A DNA stretch of 64,000 nt, taken from positions 24,267 through 88,266 of the IMG/VR virus record IMGVR_UViG_3300025687_005582; one strand, given 5' to 3'. A model generated the notes under the pieces. It searched no databases. It was not told the DNA's origin and saw only the letters and a program-made list of their open reading frames with translations. Source of the DNA: a virus. Made by a program: the position numbers and the translations under genes. Shown here piece after piece: positions 1-8,936 of this stretch (positions are counted from its first letter, which is position 1; each line of letters begins with the position of its first letter).

Positions 1-285
1 AGTGCTTGGATCACCGGGATGGTGGTTGGTCAGGAATATAACTTAAACAAGCATGAACTTATGGCAGCCTTGTCTGAAATCGGAGTTCCATCTCGCCCTT
101 TCTTTTACCCATTATCAAGTATTCCAGCGTTTGAGCTTGAAAATGTATATAATCATAAAAATAATATAGCCTATGATGTATCATCTAGAGGTATCAATCT
201 CCCGGGCGCTGCCAATCTTACAGATGATCAGTTAAAATTTATTTCTGATGGTATTCGCAAGGTATTGATCAAGAAAGGAAAATAA
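1..285 (+). CDS. DegT/DnrJ/EryC1/StrS-family aminotransferase, C-terminal part (5'-truncated)
   Basis: Frame is open from base 1. C-terminus 'GVPSRPFFYPLSSIPAF...SSRGINLP' is typical of perosamine-synthase-like DegT enzymes. Confidence 0.8.
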   Translation, partial: SAWITGMVVGQEYNLNKHELMAALSEIGVPSRPFFYPLSSIPAFELENVYNHKNNIAYDVSSRGINLPGAANLTDDQLKFISDGIRKVLIKKGK

Positions 286-296
286 AACATAATACT

Positions 297-1220
297 ATGA
301 TACCGTTATTTAACATAGAAAACTATGTGATTGACACTTCCAAATTCGATCATGCCTTGCATGATTCGGGTGTATTGAAATTTGAAGAGTCGTTCGCTGA
401 GTATGTGGGGGCAAGATATGCTTGTTCTGTTAATAGCGCAACGAGTGCAATTTTTCTCATCTTCTTGAACAAAAATATAAAAGTAAATGTTCCTAGTATA
501 ATCCCACCAGTAGTATTAAATGCTTTGTACAATGCCGGTAATACGATTAATTTTGTTGATAATGTTGACTGGGTAGGAGATTCATATATCTTACACGAGT
601 TTGCTGACTATAAAGTGATTGATTCTGCTCAAAAAGTTAAACCAAACCAGTTCCAACTGGAAGCAAACCCTAATGATCTAATGCTTTTTAGTTTTTATCC
701 GACTAAGCCGGTGGGAAGTTTGGATGGTGGTATGATAGTATCAAATGACTATGAAAAGATTTCCTATTTTAAAGAAGCTGTGATGAATGGTATGAGTTAT
801 AATCATAATAATTGGGATCGTCGTATAAAGTTTCCGGGGTGGAAGATGTATCTCAATTCTTTCCAGGCTGCTATCGCAGCCGAGAATCTAAAGAAGCTTC
901 CTAATAAATTGGAACATCTAGAGTATGTACGAGACTTCTATAACACAGAGCTTGGTCTAAACAACAATAGCGACCATCTATACAGGATTGAAGTGTCTAA
1001 TAATGCAGAAGTTATCGCGGCTTTGGAGGAAGTAGGCATTTCGTGTGGAATACATTATGCTGCCATGCATCTTCATCCAGTATACGGAACAATAAGCGAG
1101 TCAGACTGCCCTCGATCTGAGAAAATAGAAAAAAGCACTTTAAGCATTCCTTTTAATGAAAAGTTAACAAAGAAAAATTTACAGGATGTAGTGAAGCATG
1201 TTAGAGGCTGGATGGTATGA
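297..1220 (+). CDS. DegT/DnrJ-family PLP-dependent sugar aminotransferase (compact)
   Basis: 'FEESFAEYVG..VNSATSA', 'DSAQ' (PLP-binding Asp), 'SFYPTKPVGSLDGG' (catalytic Lys), 'GIHY..LSIP'. Confidence 0.85.
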   Translation: MIPLFNIENYVIDTSKFDHALHDSGVLKFEESFAEYVGARYACSVNSATSAIFLIFLNKNIKVNVPSIIPPVVLNALYNAGNTINFVDNVDWVGDSYILHEFADYKVIDSAQKVKPNQFQLEANPNDLMLFSFYPTKPVGSLDGGMIVSNDYEKISYFKEAVMNGMSYNHNNWDRRIKFPGWKMYLNSFQAAIAAENLKKLPNKLEHLEYVRDFYNTELGLNNNSDHLYRIEVSNNAEVIAALEEVGISCGIHYAAMHLHPVYGTISESDCPRSEKIEKSTLSIPFNEKLTKKNLQDVVKHVRGWMV

Positions 1221-2107
1221 AAGGCATTATATTGGCTGGAGGCTCCGGAACGCGATTAAACCCAATAACGATTGGAGTTACGAAACAATTATTGCCGGTA
1301 TACAACAAGCCACTCATTTATTACCCATTATCTACTTTAATGTGGGGTGGTATTCGAGAAATTTTAATCATTTGTAAAAACAAAGATTTGAACTCTTTTA
1401 AAGAGTTATTTGGCGACGGTTCCCAACTTGGACTAGAAATAGAGTATAGAATTCAAGAGCACCCAGGGGGTATCGCAGAGGCATTTCTAATCGGAGAAGA
1501 CTTTATTGCTGGAGATGATGTATGTTTAATCTTAGGAGATAATATCTTTTATGGAAATAACTTAGGAATCACACTTGAAGAAAATATAAATCATATCAAA
1601 CATAACGGAGGGGCTCTTATTTATGGCCATGCTGTAAACAACCCGCAAGATTATGGAGTAGCTTACTTAAGCAAAAGTGGCATTCTTAATAAGATTATTG
1701 AAAAACCGAAATCTCCCCGATCGAATATTGCTGTAGTTGGATTGTACATGTATGACAACACAGTGGTTAATATATCAAAAAGCATCTTACCATCTGATCG
1801 CGGAGAAAAAGAAATAACTGACGTAAACCGATTGTACTTAAACCATAAAAAAATAAGATTACAGTTATTAGGTCGAGGTTTTGCGTGGTACGATTCTGGA
1901 TCCCCGGAAGCTCTATTTGATGCATCCAACTTTGTAAAAACCATAGAGTGCCGTCAAGGCGTCAAGATTGCTTGTTTAGAAGAAATTGCCTTTAAAAAAG
2001 GATTTATTGGATTTGATCAGTTACATGCGATCGCCAAAAAACAAAAAAATAGCGATTATGGACGTTATTTGTTAAAGCTGGTAGAAGAAGAGGAAAATAA
2101 TGGGTAG
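1217..2107 (+). CDS. rfbA: Glucose-1-phosphate thymidylyltransferase (RmlA)
   Basis: 'MKGIILAGGSGTRLNP..KQLLPVYNKP', 'LILGDNIFYG', 'EKP', 'RGEKEITD', 'LGRGFAW', 'KIACLEEIA'. Confidence 0.95.
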   Translation: MKGIILAGGSGTRLNPITIGVTKQLLPVYNKPLIYYPLSTLMWGGIREILIICKNKDLNSFKELFGDGSQLGLEIEYRIQEHPGGIAEAFLIGEDFIAGDDVCLILGDNIFYGNNLGITLEENINHIKHNGGALIYGHAVNNPQDYGVAYLSKSGILNKIIEKPKSPRSNIAVVGLYMYDNTVVNISKSILPSDRGEKEITDVNRLYLNHKKIRLQLLGRGFAWYDSGSPEALFDASNFVKTIECRQGVKIACLEEIAFKKGFIGFDQLHAIAKKQKNSDYGRYLLKLVEEEENNG

Positions 2108-3038
2108 AAGCAAAAGTGTGATGATAACAGGCTGTGCTGGATTTATAGGGAGCCACACAGCAGAAAGATTTTTGGATGCTGGTTATCGAGTGGTCGGCGT
2201 TGACGCCATGACATACGCAGCACGAAGATCAAATATTAAAGAATGCTTAAACAATGAAAATTTTACCTTTTATGAGATGGACATATGTGACAACACAGAG
2301 ATCAAATTGTTGGTTCAAAAATATAATATTGACTGGATCATTAATTTGGCAGCCGAAACCCATGTTGATAAATCAATCATCGATTGCACTGCTTTTATCA
2401 GATCTAACATTGAGGGTGTTAAATCTCTTTTGGAGGTGGGTCGAGAGCTAAAAACTAAACTTCTACATATTTCTACAGACGAGGTTTATGGTGAAATACG
2501 GAAAGGGTCGTTTCGGGAGGATTCTCCTTTAGAGCCTCGTAATCCTTATTCGGCTACTAAAGCTGCATCTGAACATCTTATCAGAGCATATGCGAACACA
2601 TATGGAATAGAGTATAAAATGGTGAGACCATCTAACAATTTTGGTCCGCGCCAGCACGATGAAAAGTTATTACCGACAGTTATTCGCAATTTAAAATCTG
2701 GAAATAAAGTTCCTGTTTATGGTGATGGAAAACAAGTTAGAGAATGGACATACGTCAAATACACTGCGGAGGCAATATTGTTCGTATTAGAACATGCTCC
2801 GGTGAATGATGTATATAATGTATCTAGCGGCTGTGAAATGGAAAATATCGAGATTATTAAACAAATATGCTCTATGATGGGTAAGGATTTTTCTTTAAGT
2901 ATTGAAAATATTCCTGATCGTGCGGGACATGATTTTAGGTATTCTGTATGCCCAGATAAACTGAACAACATCGGTTTCAGAATGCAACACGATACTATTA
3001 GTCAGATAGCACATACGATTGAAAAAAGTTATGAATGA
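2100..3038 (+). CDS. rfbB: dTDP-glucose 4,6-dehydratase (RmlB)
   Basis: 'TGCAGFIGS', 'AAETHVD', 'HISTDEVYG', 'PYSATKA', 'SNNFGPRQHDEK', 'DRAGHDFRY'. Confidence 0.93.
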   Translation: MGRSKSVMITGCAGFIGSHTAERFLDAGYRVVGVDAMTYAARRSNIKECLNNENFTFYEMDICDNTEIKLLVQKYNIDWIINLAAETHVDKSIIDCTAFIRSNIEGVKSLLEVGRELKTKLLHISTDEVYGEIRKGSFREDSPLEPRNPYSATKAASEHLIRAYANTYGIEYKMVRPSNNFGPRQHDEKLLPTVIRNLKSGNKVPVYGDGKQVREWTYVKYTAEAILFVLEHAPVNDVYNVSSGCEMENIEIIKQICSMMGKDFSLSIENIPDRAGHDFRYSVCPDKLNNIGFRMQHDTISQIAHTIEKSYE

Positions 3039-3993
3039 CACTACAGCAGAGAAAGATCTTTTGATAATTCATAGATGTCAAAATCGGCAGTATAATTTAA
3101 AAAAAGTGATTGATATGTACGCTCGTATGCCAGGAGTTAGAAACGTAATACTCGATCATTCAAGTCAAATATACTCTAATATATCTTACGTAGAGACGAA
3201 TGGATTCGAATATTACCATCGTAAGCCAGAGGTTAATTATTTTGATATGACGCTAGAACTTCTATCAAATACCGAACAAGAATTCGTTGTTGATATTCCA
3301 GATGACGATATTACCCTCAAATCTTCATTAGCTCAATCTATAAAATTTTTAAAGCAAAATAGTGATTATGGGTCTTGTGATGGAGCATATCTACAGTCAA
3401 GAAAAGCTAATGATATTCGTATAAAATATCCAAAATCATTATCATATCATAATGCTATTAACGCTAGAAATGTGGACGATGCTCTCGAAAGAATCGAGAT
3501 GTTTTTTGTTAAATCTTATTATCCTTTGTGTCATGCTGTTCTTCGCACGAATATAATGAGAGAAATTCATGAGATGTTTGCCGACAATGACATTCTTCGT
3601 AACAAAATAAATGCATATGACAGATTCTTTACTTTTTTAACTCTCTTGAGAGGGAAGCATAAAATTCTAGAGCTACCATTCCAGATTAGAAATGATAACG
3701 AAACACGTCGCGCCGTGAACCAAAAAGTTACCCATAAGATGTGGAGTTTTAAAAATCTTAAACAGAACCTCTCTAAAGAGGCGGGGTGGCTAGATCCGTT
3801 GGCTAAAAAAATCTCTCAAGAATATGGTATAGAGGATATAAATGGGTTTCAAGAAGTAAATAAGATCCTGCAGCTTCACTTTAAATGTGATCCGAATCCT
3901 AATAAGAAATTTAAATCAGGAAATATTGAAAATCTTATTTCGAAAGAAGTCTTGGATGCCACAAGCATAATGTGGGAAAGAACTAAAGTTTAA
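3031..3993 (+). CDS. Putative GT-A-fold glycosyltransferase (TIGR00180-like)
   Basis: 'VILDHS', 'DIPDDD' DxD-like motif, 'FLKQNSDYGSCDG', 'YYPLCHAVLRT'. Adjacent to rmlB. ATG at 3031 preferred over the 3019 track start. Confidence 0.6.
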   Translation: MNDTTAEKDLLIIHRCQNRQYNLKKVIDMYARMPGVRNVILDHSSQIYSNISYVETNGFEYYHRKPEVNYFDMTLELLSNTEQEFVVDIPDDDITLKSSLAQSIKFLKQNSDYGSCDGAYLQSRKANDIRIKYPKSLSYHNAINARNVDDALERIEMFFVKSYYPLCHAVLRTNIMREIHEMFADNDILRNKINAYDRFFTFLTLLRGKHKILELPFQIRNDNETRRAVNQKVTHKMWSFKNLKQNLSKEAGWLDPLAKKISQEYGIEDINGFQEVNKILQLHFKCDPNPNKKFKSGNIENLISKEVLDATSIMWERTKV

Positions 3994-4056
3994 ATATATA
4001 CTTATTTTTAGCTTGCTAGCAGAAACAAATCTATTGTAGAAAGGATTTTAACCAAT

Positions 4057-4857
4057 ATGTTTAAAAATTTATGGAAGATATTTGAGAAAGAAAAGAAAGA
4101 AGAGCCGGTAGAAGAGGAAGAACCTTCTCCTCAATCTGAAGAAGGAACAGAAGAAGTCGAACCGGAGCTTGTACCAGAGAGTCTAACAGCGGCTCCAGCG
4201 CCGGAGAAGCCAGAAATAACCATACCACAACCTCCGACACCGGAATCAACTGAGGACACAAAAATAGTCTCTTCCGGAGGAAGGAATAAGTTACATATTG
4301 GATATAATAAAACAGGAACAACCTTTTTGCAGAAACTTGTATTTCCACATTTAGAGAATTATAAAGGAAGATTATATTTGGAAGATGGCGATAAAATATG
4401 CAATCTAAGTTCACATAAAGTCGATAGACAGCCAAAACAAACTTGTCAAAATATTTTAAATCACTTCAAGGGACAGAAAGACATAATCGTATCGGCAGAA
4501 TGGTTTTCACTTATACCTCATGAAGATTTATTTGAATTATTGGGCGATGATGAGTGGGACGTATTAGTAGTCACAAGAGATGTAGAAGATCTGGTAGCAA
4601 GTTGGAAAAGAAAAGGCCCATCTAGAGACTTCTTTCTCAGAAGAGAAGTCAAGAGAAGACAGATGCAGCAAGTAGTTAGAGACTTTTACAATCCAGACAA
4701 TTTGAAAGTTGGAATAAAAAACTTAACAATCTTATCTTATGAAAAGCTTTTTTCTGGAAATATGGATGAGATTCAAAGACTCTCCGATTTTCTAGGAGCA
4801 GATATAAACAAGATTTTCTTAGATAATCTTGGAACTGTGGTAAATGGATCAAAGTGA
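4057..4857 (+). CDS. Sulfotransferase-like protein with acidic/Pro-rich N-terminal linker
   Basis: 'LHIGYNKTGTTFLQ' resembles the PAPS 5'-phosphosulfate loop; also 'SAEWF', 'VVTRD..S', 'LSYEKL..LSDFLG'. Confidence 0.65.
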   Translation: MFKNLWKIFEKEKKEEPVEEEEPSPQSEEGTEEVEPELVPESLTAAPAPEKPEITIPQPPTPESTEDTKIVSSGGRNKLHIGYNKTGTTFLQKLVFPHLENYKGRLYLEDGDKICNLSSHKVDRQPKQTCQNILNHFKGQKDIIVSAEWFSLIPHEDLFELLGDDEWDVLVVTRDVEDLVASWKRKGPSRDFFLRREVKRRQMQQVVRDFYNPDNLKVGIKNLTILSYEKLFSGNMDEIQRLSDFLGADINKIFLDNLGTVVNGSK

Positions 4858-4932
4858 TATAAATAAACTTTAAATATGTGTTTAAATTTTAGTATGCTTG
4901 CAACAACAGATCCATTATAGAAAGGAATTATT

Positions 4933-5130
4933 ATGACGTTATCAAATCAAGCAGTTGGAGCCTTAATGATGGCTCTTCAAAGATCACTAATGGAGCAATC
5001 GGATATTGTTCCGGTGTTGACTTCAATGAATTTTGTAGCAAACCCGGATGATCCTACTGGAGATACATTGGTAGTTACCAATCCTCCAACAATAAATTTG
5101 AGCCAAGTACAGTTAAGCGAAGAGGAGTAA
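4933..5130 (+). CDS. Hypothetical protein (65 aa)
   Basis: ORF preceded by an AAAGGA Shine-Dalgarno. Confidence 0.7.
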   Translation: MTLSNQAVGALMMALQRSLMEQSDIVPVLTSMNFVANPDDPTGDTLVVTNPPTINLSQVQLSEEE

Positions 5131-5133
5131 ATA

Positions 5134-5304
5134 ATGTTTAACAAAAATCGTACCACAACCACACCACGTTACCTTACAGAGGGTGAGGCAAGAGAGTTAG
5201 TAGATGAGTTGCTTCGTACAGCACTCCGGCAGCAGGCGCGAGATCTGGAGCGTCACCTATCAGATATTGATAGAAGATTAAAGGCCCTTGAGACGCGACG
5301 TTAA
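5134..5304 (+). CDS. Hypothetical coiled-coil protein (56 aa, not in ORF track)
   Basis: MFNKNRTTTTPRYLTEGEARELVDELL...ALETRR. GAGGAG SD upstream; TAATG overlap with the next gene. Confidence 0.7.
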   Translation: MFNKNRTTTTPRYLTEGEARELVDELLRTALRQQARDLERHLSDIDRRLKALETRR

Positions 5305-5552
5305 TGCCACGATATCAGTATCGCTGCAAAGCGTGTGAAGAAGTCTCAACTATATACCACCCTTCATCCGAGACGCAATCAGCTTGTCCAAAGTGTGACT
5401 CGGACTCTACTCTAGTAAAACTTTTAACAACATTTACTACGAGAAAAAAGGGAACAAAATCTAATAAGGTTGGTCAAGTTACAGAGCAATTTATAGAAGA
5501 TTCGCGTCAAGAGTTAGAACAACAAAAAGAACAACTAAATAAAAACAAATAA
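5304..5552 (+). CDS. FmdB-family zinc-ribbon protein
   Basis: 'MPRYQYRCKAC...CPKCDS..LVKLL' matches the FmdB/CxxC_CxxC_SSSS pattern. Confidence 0.8.
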   Translation: MPRYQYRCKACEEVSTIYHPSSETQSACPKCDSDSTLVKLLTTFTTRKKGTKSNKVGQVTEQFIEDSRQELEQQKEQLNKNK

Positions 5553-5920
5553 TGTTCATTTATATTGTATTAATCATATCCCTTATATTAAACGCACTTT
5601 TGGGTTGGTATATATCAAGGATACTGCAAAAGTTTATGTTTATCTCGGACAACATGTCTGATTTGTTTTTGACCACAAAAGCATTTCATGTGTTCGTAAA
5701 GAATATGTATAGCATGGATTCATTTCATGGAGAGCCAATCATTCAAGAGTTGGTGTTTCGTATAAAAGAAGTAAATGAAGAAATGTCCAATTTTAGAGAT
5801 ATATTTGAATATACAATAGACGCCGAATTGGATCAAGAACTAGAGGAAGCGCTAAATGCCGAGGAAGAAGAGCAAGAAAAATCATTACTTTACGCAGGTT
5901 CACGAAGACGCAATAGTTAA
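5552..5920 (+). CDS. Hypothetical protein with N-terminal transmembrane helix
   Basis: Hydrophobic N-terminus 'MFIYIVLIISLILNALLGWY'; translationally coupled to the upstream gene. Confidence 0.65.
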   Translation: MFIYIVLIISLILNALLGWYISRILQKFMFISDNMSDLFLTTKAFHVFVKNMYSMDSFHGEPIIQELVFRIKEVNEEMSNFRDIFEYTIDAELDQELEEALNAEEEEQEKSLLYAGSRRRNS

Positions 5921-6542
5921 GTATGCCCTGACAAATGACAGGGAGCTGCGATCTAAGTTGTACGAAGAGTACATACAGCCTGCATTTGACGATATGGTAG
6001 ACAAGATAATCTACACGTATCGTTTTACCACATTGCCAAACATTGACTATCTCAGAGCAGATTGCAAGGTTTGGCTTACAACAATCCTAAACAAATATGA
6101 TCCTAATAAGGGCTCCAAAGCTTTTTCATATTTCTCGGTTGTAACAAAGAACTGGTTTATTCATAAAGTCAAAAGAACTAAGAAGCGTCTACAAACAGAA
6201 GTCTTTATGGAGGATGTTCTGAATGAGATGGATGAAAACCTAGTATCTGAGGAGCCTAACTATTTTGACAAAAGATCAGAAGTTGAATTTTGGATATCTC
6301 TCAGCAATGAGATAGAGACTTGGGATTCATTTATGATAAAAGAAAACGAGAAGAAGGTTCTTATGGCTGTTCGTATTCTTTTAGACTCTGCTGATCAAAT
6401 AGAAATTTTCAACAAAAAAGCTATTTACTTATATCTTCGCGAGATAACTGGGTTAAATACCAAGCAAGTTGTAAATAACCTTAACAAGCTTCGCAAGAGG
6501 TACAGGACGTTTAAGACAAAATGGGAAAACAGCGAGATCTAA
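5856..6542 (+). CDS. Putative late-transcription sigma factor (T4 gp55-like)
   Basis: 'NHYFT..EDAIVKY', region-2-like 'KYDPNKGSKAFSYFSVVTKN', C-terminal HTH-like 'LREITGLNTKQV'. Confidence 0.65.
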   Translation: MPRKKSKKNHYFTQVHEDAIVKYALTNDRELRSKLYEEYIQPAFDDMVDKIIYTYRFTTLPNIDYLRADCKVWLTTILNKYDPNKGSKAFSYFSVVTKNWFIHKVKRTKKRLQTEVFMEDVLNEMDENLVSEEPNYFDKRSEVEFWISLSNEIETWDSFMIKENEKKVLMAVRILLDSADQIEIFNKKAIYLYLREITGLNTKQVVNNLNKLRKRYRTFKTKWENSEI

Positions 6543-6832
6543 GTTTAGAGCATTACATAGAAGAAACCACGACAAACATCAAAGAAGATCGTGCGATGGC
6601 TAAGTCCTTGCTAATGGATGTAATGGCTGATATGAAAGCCTCTCCCGCCGATAGAAGAGAGATGGGCCCTATCGCGGCCAAGTATGTAGAAAACCTTCAA
6701 AGATCCAATGAGCAGATGGTGAAGCTCGCTGCGATCCTTCAACGTCAAAAGACAGGCCAAGTAGGTCTCACAGCCGACGATAAAGAACAGTTGTTTGATT
6801 TGCTAAACGAGAGCAAAGAAGATGACGGGTAA
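6521..6832 (+). CDS. Hypothetical helical protein (possible small terminase-like)
   Basis: Two long amphipathic helices in 103 aa; function not established. Confidence 0.4.
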   Translation: MGKQRDLSLEHYIEETTTNIKEDRAMAKSLLMDVMADMKASPADRREMGPIAAKYVENLQRSNEQMVKLAAILQRQKTGQVGLTADDKEQLFDLLNESKEDDG

Positions 6833-7949
6833 AATCAAACTTGAAGACGTTCCCTTCGGCACCTTAAACAACCTAGCAGATGGAGGCGGTCCTTCGACTG
6901 ATAGAAGAAGAACGGATCCGCTAGAGTTTCTTCGTCTTTCAACAGAGGCTGCTTACGGTAAAAATACCCTAAGAAACAAAGATACTTTTAATGGGATTGT
7001 TGTTGCATCTCGTGTTATATCTTATCCATCCTATAAGAACAAAACCGCCTTATTTGAAGAGTATCTAGTAAAGACACAAGAAAATACCCCTGCGCAAGAA
7101 GATCGAACAAGTGATTACAATCTCTACGCATATAAAGTTTATATTCCAGAACTAGAGCCTAGGTGTATTCCGAAAGGTACGGGTGACCCGGTATTGGTTA
7201 CTTATCCAGATGTATATTCAGATATGACAGATGGAGAAATCCCAATACCAAATGGTACTTTGGTATCAATAAAATATGATGATGTTGAAAATCTTTTCAA
7301 TCCTAGAATCGTCGCTAAGACTGGCGGTCCAATACAGTTGGCTGGTTTTGATACAAACGCCACAGCAGGCGCAACATTTCAAAATGGAGTGGTATCATCT
7401 TTAGACTTATCCGCAGATAATAAAAATCTCATTAATATACCGTACCAAAATATACCAGACTTTGATGGTCCGACATTCAATGCTGATGACCTTAGAGAGG
7501 CCCTAATGGGTTTGGGATATACTGAAAAAGGCAATGAAATATCAAACGGAGGAGACATAAACTCTGATATGTCAAGATATGGTATCGCAGTTTTTGAAAA
7601 AATCCGTGAGTTGTATCCTACAATAGATATTGAAGTTACTGGCGGTAACGATAAATATCACCAACAACTAAACTATAACAGTCGTCACAAAACCGGGAAC
7701 GCATTGGATTTCGTTATCTTTCCCGACACAGAAGAAAATATTAGAAAGGTTGAGGAGGTACTACAGGGATTTTCGGCAGGAGATCAGAATTTCAGATATC
7801 TGAATGAATACGACAGCCCAACGAAAGCAGCAACTGCAAAACACTTTCATATCTCTTACCGATTAGGTGGCACCGAAGCACAAAGAAATGTCGATGAAGC
7901 TGTAGCGCTAGCAGAGATCCGCGCGATTGAGGTTTACAGAATACAATGA
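6822..7949 (+). CDS. Baseplate hub (gp5-like) protein with C-terminal M15-type Zn peptidase
   Basis: N-terminal OB-fold-like 'YKVYIPEL..GTLVSIKY'; C-terminal 'SRHKTGNALD...HFHISY' (SxHxxGxAxD / HxH motif). Confidence 0.65.
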   Translation: MTGKIKLEDVPFGTLNNLADGGGPSTDRRRTDPLEFLRLSTEAAYGKNTLRNKDTFNGIVVASRVISYPSYKNKTALFEEYLVKTQENTPAQEDRTSDYNLYAYKVYIPELEPRCIPKGTGDPVLVTYPDVYSDMTDGEIPIPNGTLVSIKYDDVENLFNPRIVAKTGGPIQLAGFDTNATAGATFQNGVVSSLDLSADNKNLINIPYQNIPDFDGPTFNADDLREALMGLGYTEKGNEISNGGDINSDMSRYGIAVFEKIRELYPTIDIEVTGGNDKYHQQLNYNSRHKTGNALDFVIFPDTEENIRKVEEVLQGFSAGDQNFRYLNEYDSPTKAATAKHFHISYRLGGTEAQRNVDEAVALAEIRAIEVYRIQ

Positions 7950-8929
7950 CTACTAAAAACACTGCAATTGATTTAAGTGTTATCCCCCCAGACGAGAGGG
8001 CTGCTTATGATGCTATGTCTGAACAAGAAAAGGCAGAGTATTTTGGGTTTGGTGAAGGCACCAGAGGCAACTTCGACGTACCTGAATACATAAGCATAAA
8101 AGAAGAGACTGTGTTACAAAAAGGCAACTCTTCTATTGTTCTTGGTTTAGATCGCCCTAACAATATTCTATCGGGATATGGGGGCTCAAAAGATACTCAC
8201 TGTGCTTCCATCGACATTGTAGCTGGTCGTTTGGGATATCGAGCGCGCCGACGCGATAATCGCGGAAAGCTTTTGAATGTAGATCCAAACTTTAAGTTGG
8301 ATGCTGCTCGTGTCTATATTTCTCAAAAAGCAGACCCGGATTCTTATTTTGGATTGGCGGCGGGAATAGTTGGCAACACAAAGCCGGATAGTCCTAGAAG
8401 CACCGTGGCTATAAAAGCAGACACTTTAAGATTTGTCGCCAGAGAGAACATTAAGCTTGTTACTAGAACTGATAAGAAGAATTCTCAAGGTGGTGACGTA
8501 ACGAACGCTTCTACAACTGGCTATGGTATTGATTTGATCGCCATGAACGACGACAGAGACATGCAACCACTAGTAAAGGGGTCAAACCTCCAACAGTGTC
8601 TAACAGAGACCTTAGATGCGATACACGACCTTAGAGAGTTATTCAAGAACTTTTTGGAATACAACAGAAATCTTACACAAGCTATCTTGACTCACACACA
8701 CCGCTCGCCTTTCTATGGACAACTAACATCTCCTGATTTTGAAAGTATTTTGCCAAAAGGCACTGAAGCGATGATCAATACTCTCACAAATGTCGAGGCT
8801 CAGTTGATGCTTCATATGCAAAAGGTAAGTGGCATCAAACAAAGTTATTTGCAGACACCGGGAGGTGCTGAGACTACGAAAGATGGTAAGGGCTTATTTA
8901 TATTAAGCAAATATAACAATACGAATTAA
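7946..8929 (+). CDS. Baseplate central spike-like protein
   Basis: Beta-strand repeats ('VAIKADTLRFVARENIKL'), 'PLVKG..L..L' and 'HTH' (HxH metal-binding tip motif of gpV/gp5-type spikes). Confidence 0.55.
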   Translation: MTTKNTAIDLSVIPPDERAAYDAMSEQEKAEYFGFGEGTRGNFDVPEYISIKEETVLQKGNSSIVLGLDRPNNILSGYGGSKDTHCASIDIVAGRLGYRARRRDNRGKLLNVDPNFKLDAARVYISQKADPDSYFGLAAGIVGNTKPDSPRSTVAIKADTLRFVARENIKLVTRTDKKNSQGGDVTNASTTGYGIDLIAMNDDRDMQPLVKGSNLQQCLTETLDAIHDLRELFKNFLEYNRNLTQAILTHTHRSPFYGQLTSPDFESILPKGTEAMINTLTNVEAQLMLHMQKVSGIKQSYLQTPGGAETTKDGKGLFILSKYNNTN

Positions 8930-8936
8930 TTAAGAC

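Noticed and set aside
4858-4865. Exact T4 late promoter TATAAATA on the + strand
   Set aside because: Single instance in very AT-rich intergenic DNA; the structural genes use CTATTTA instead.
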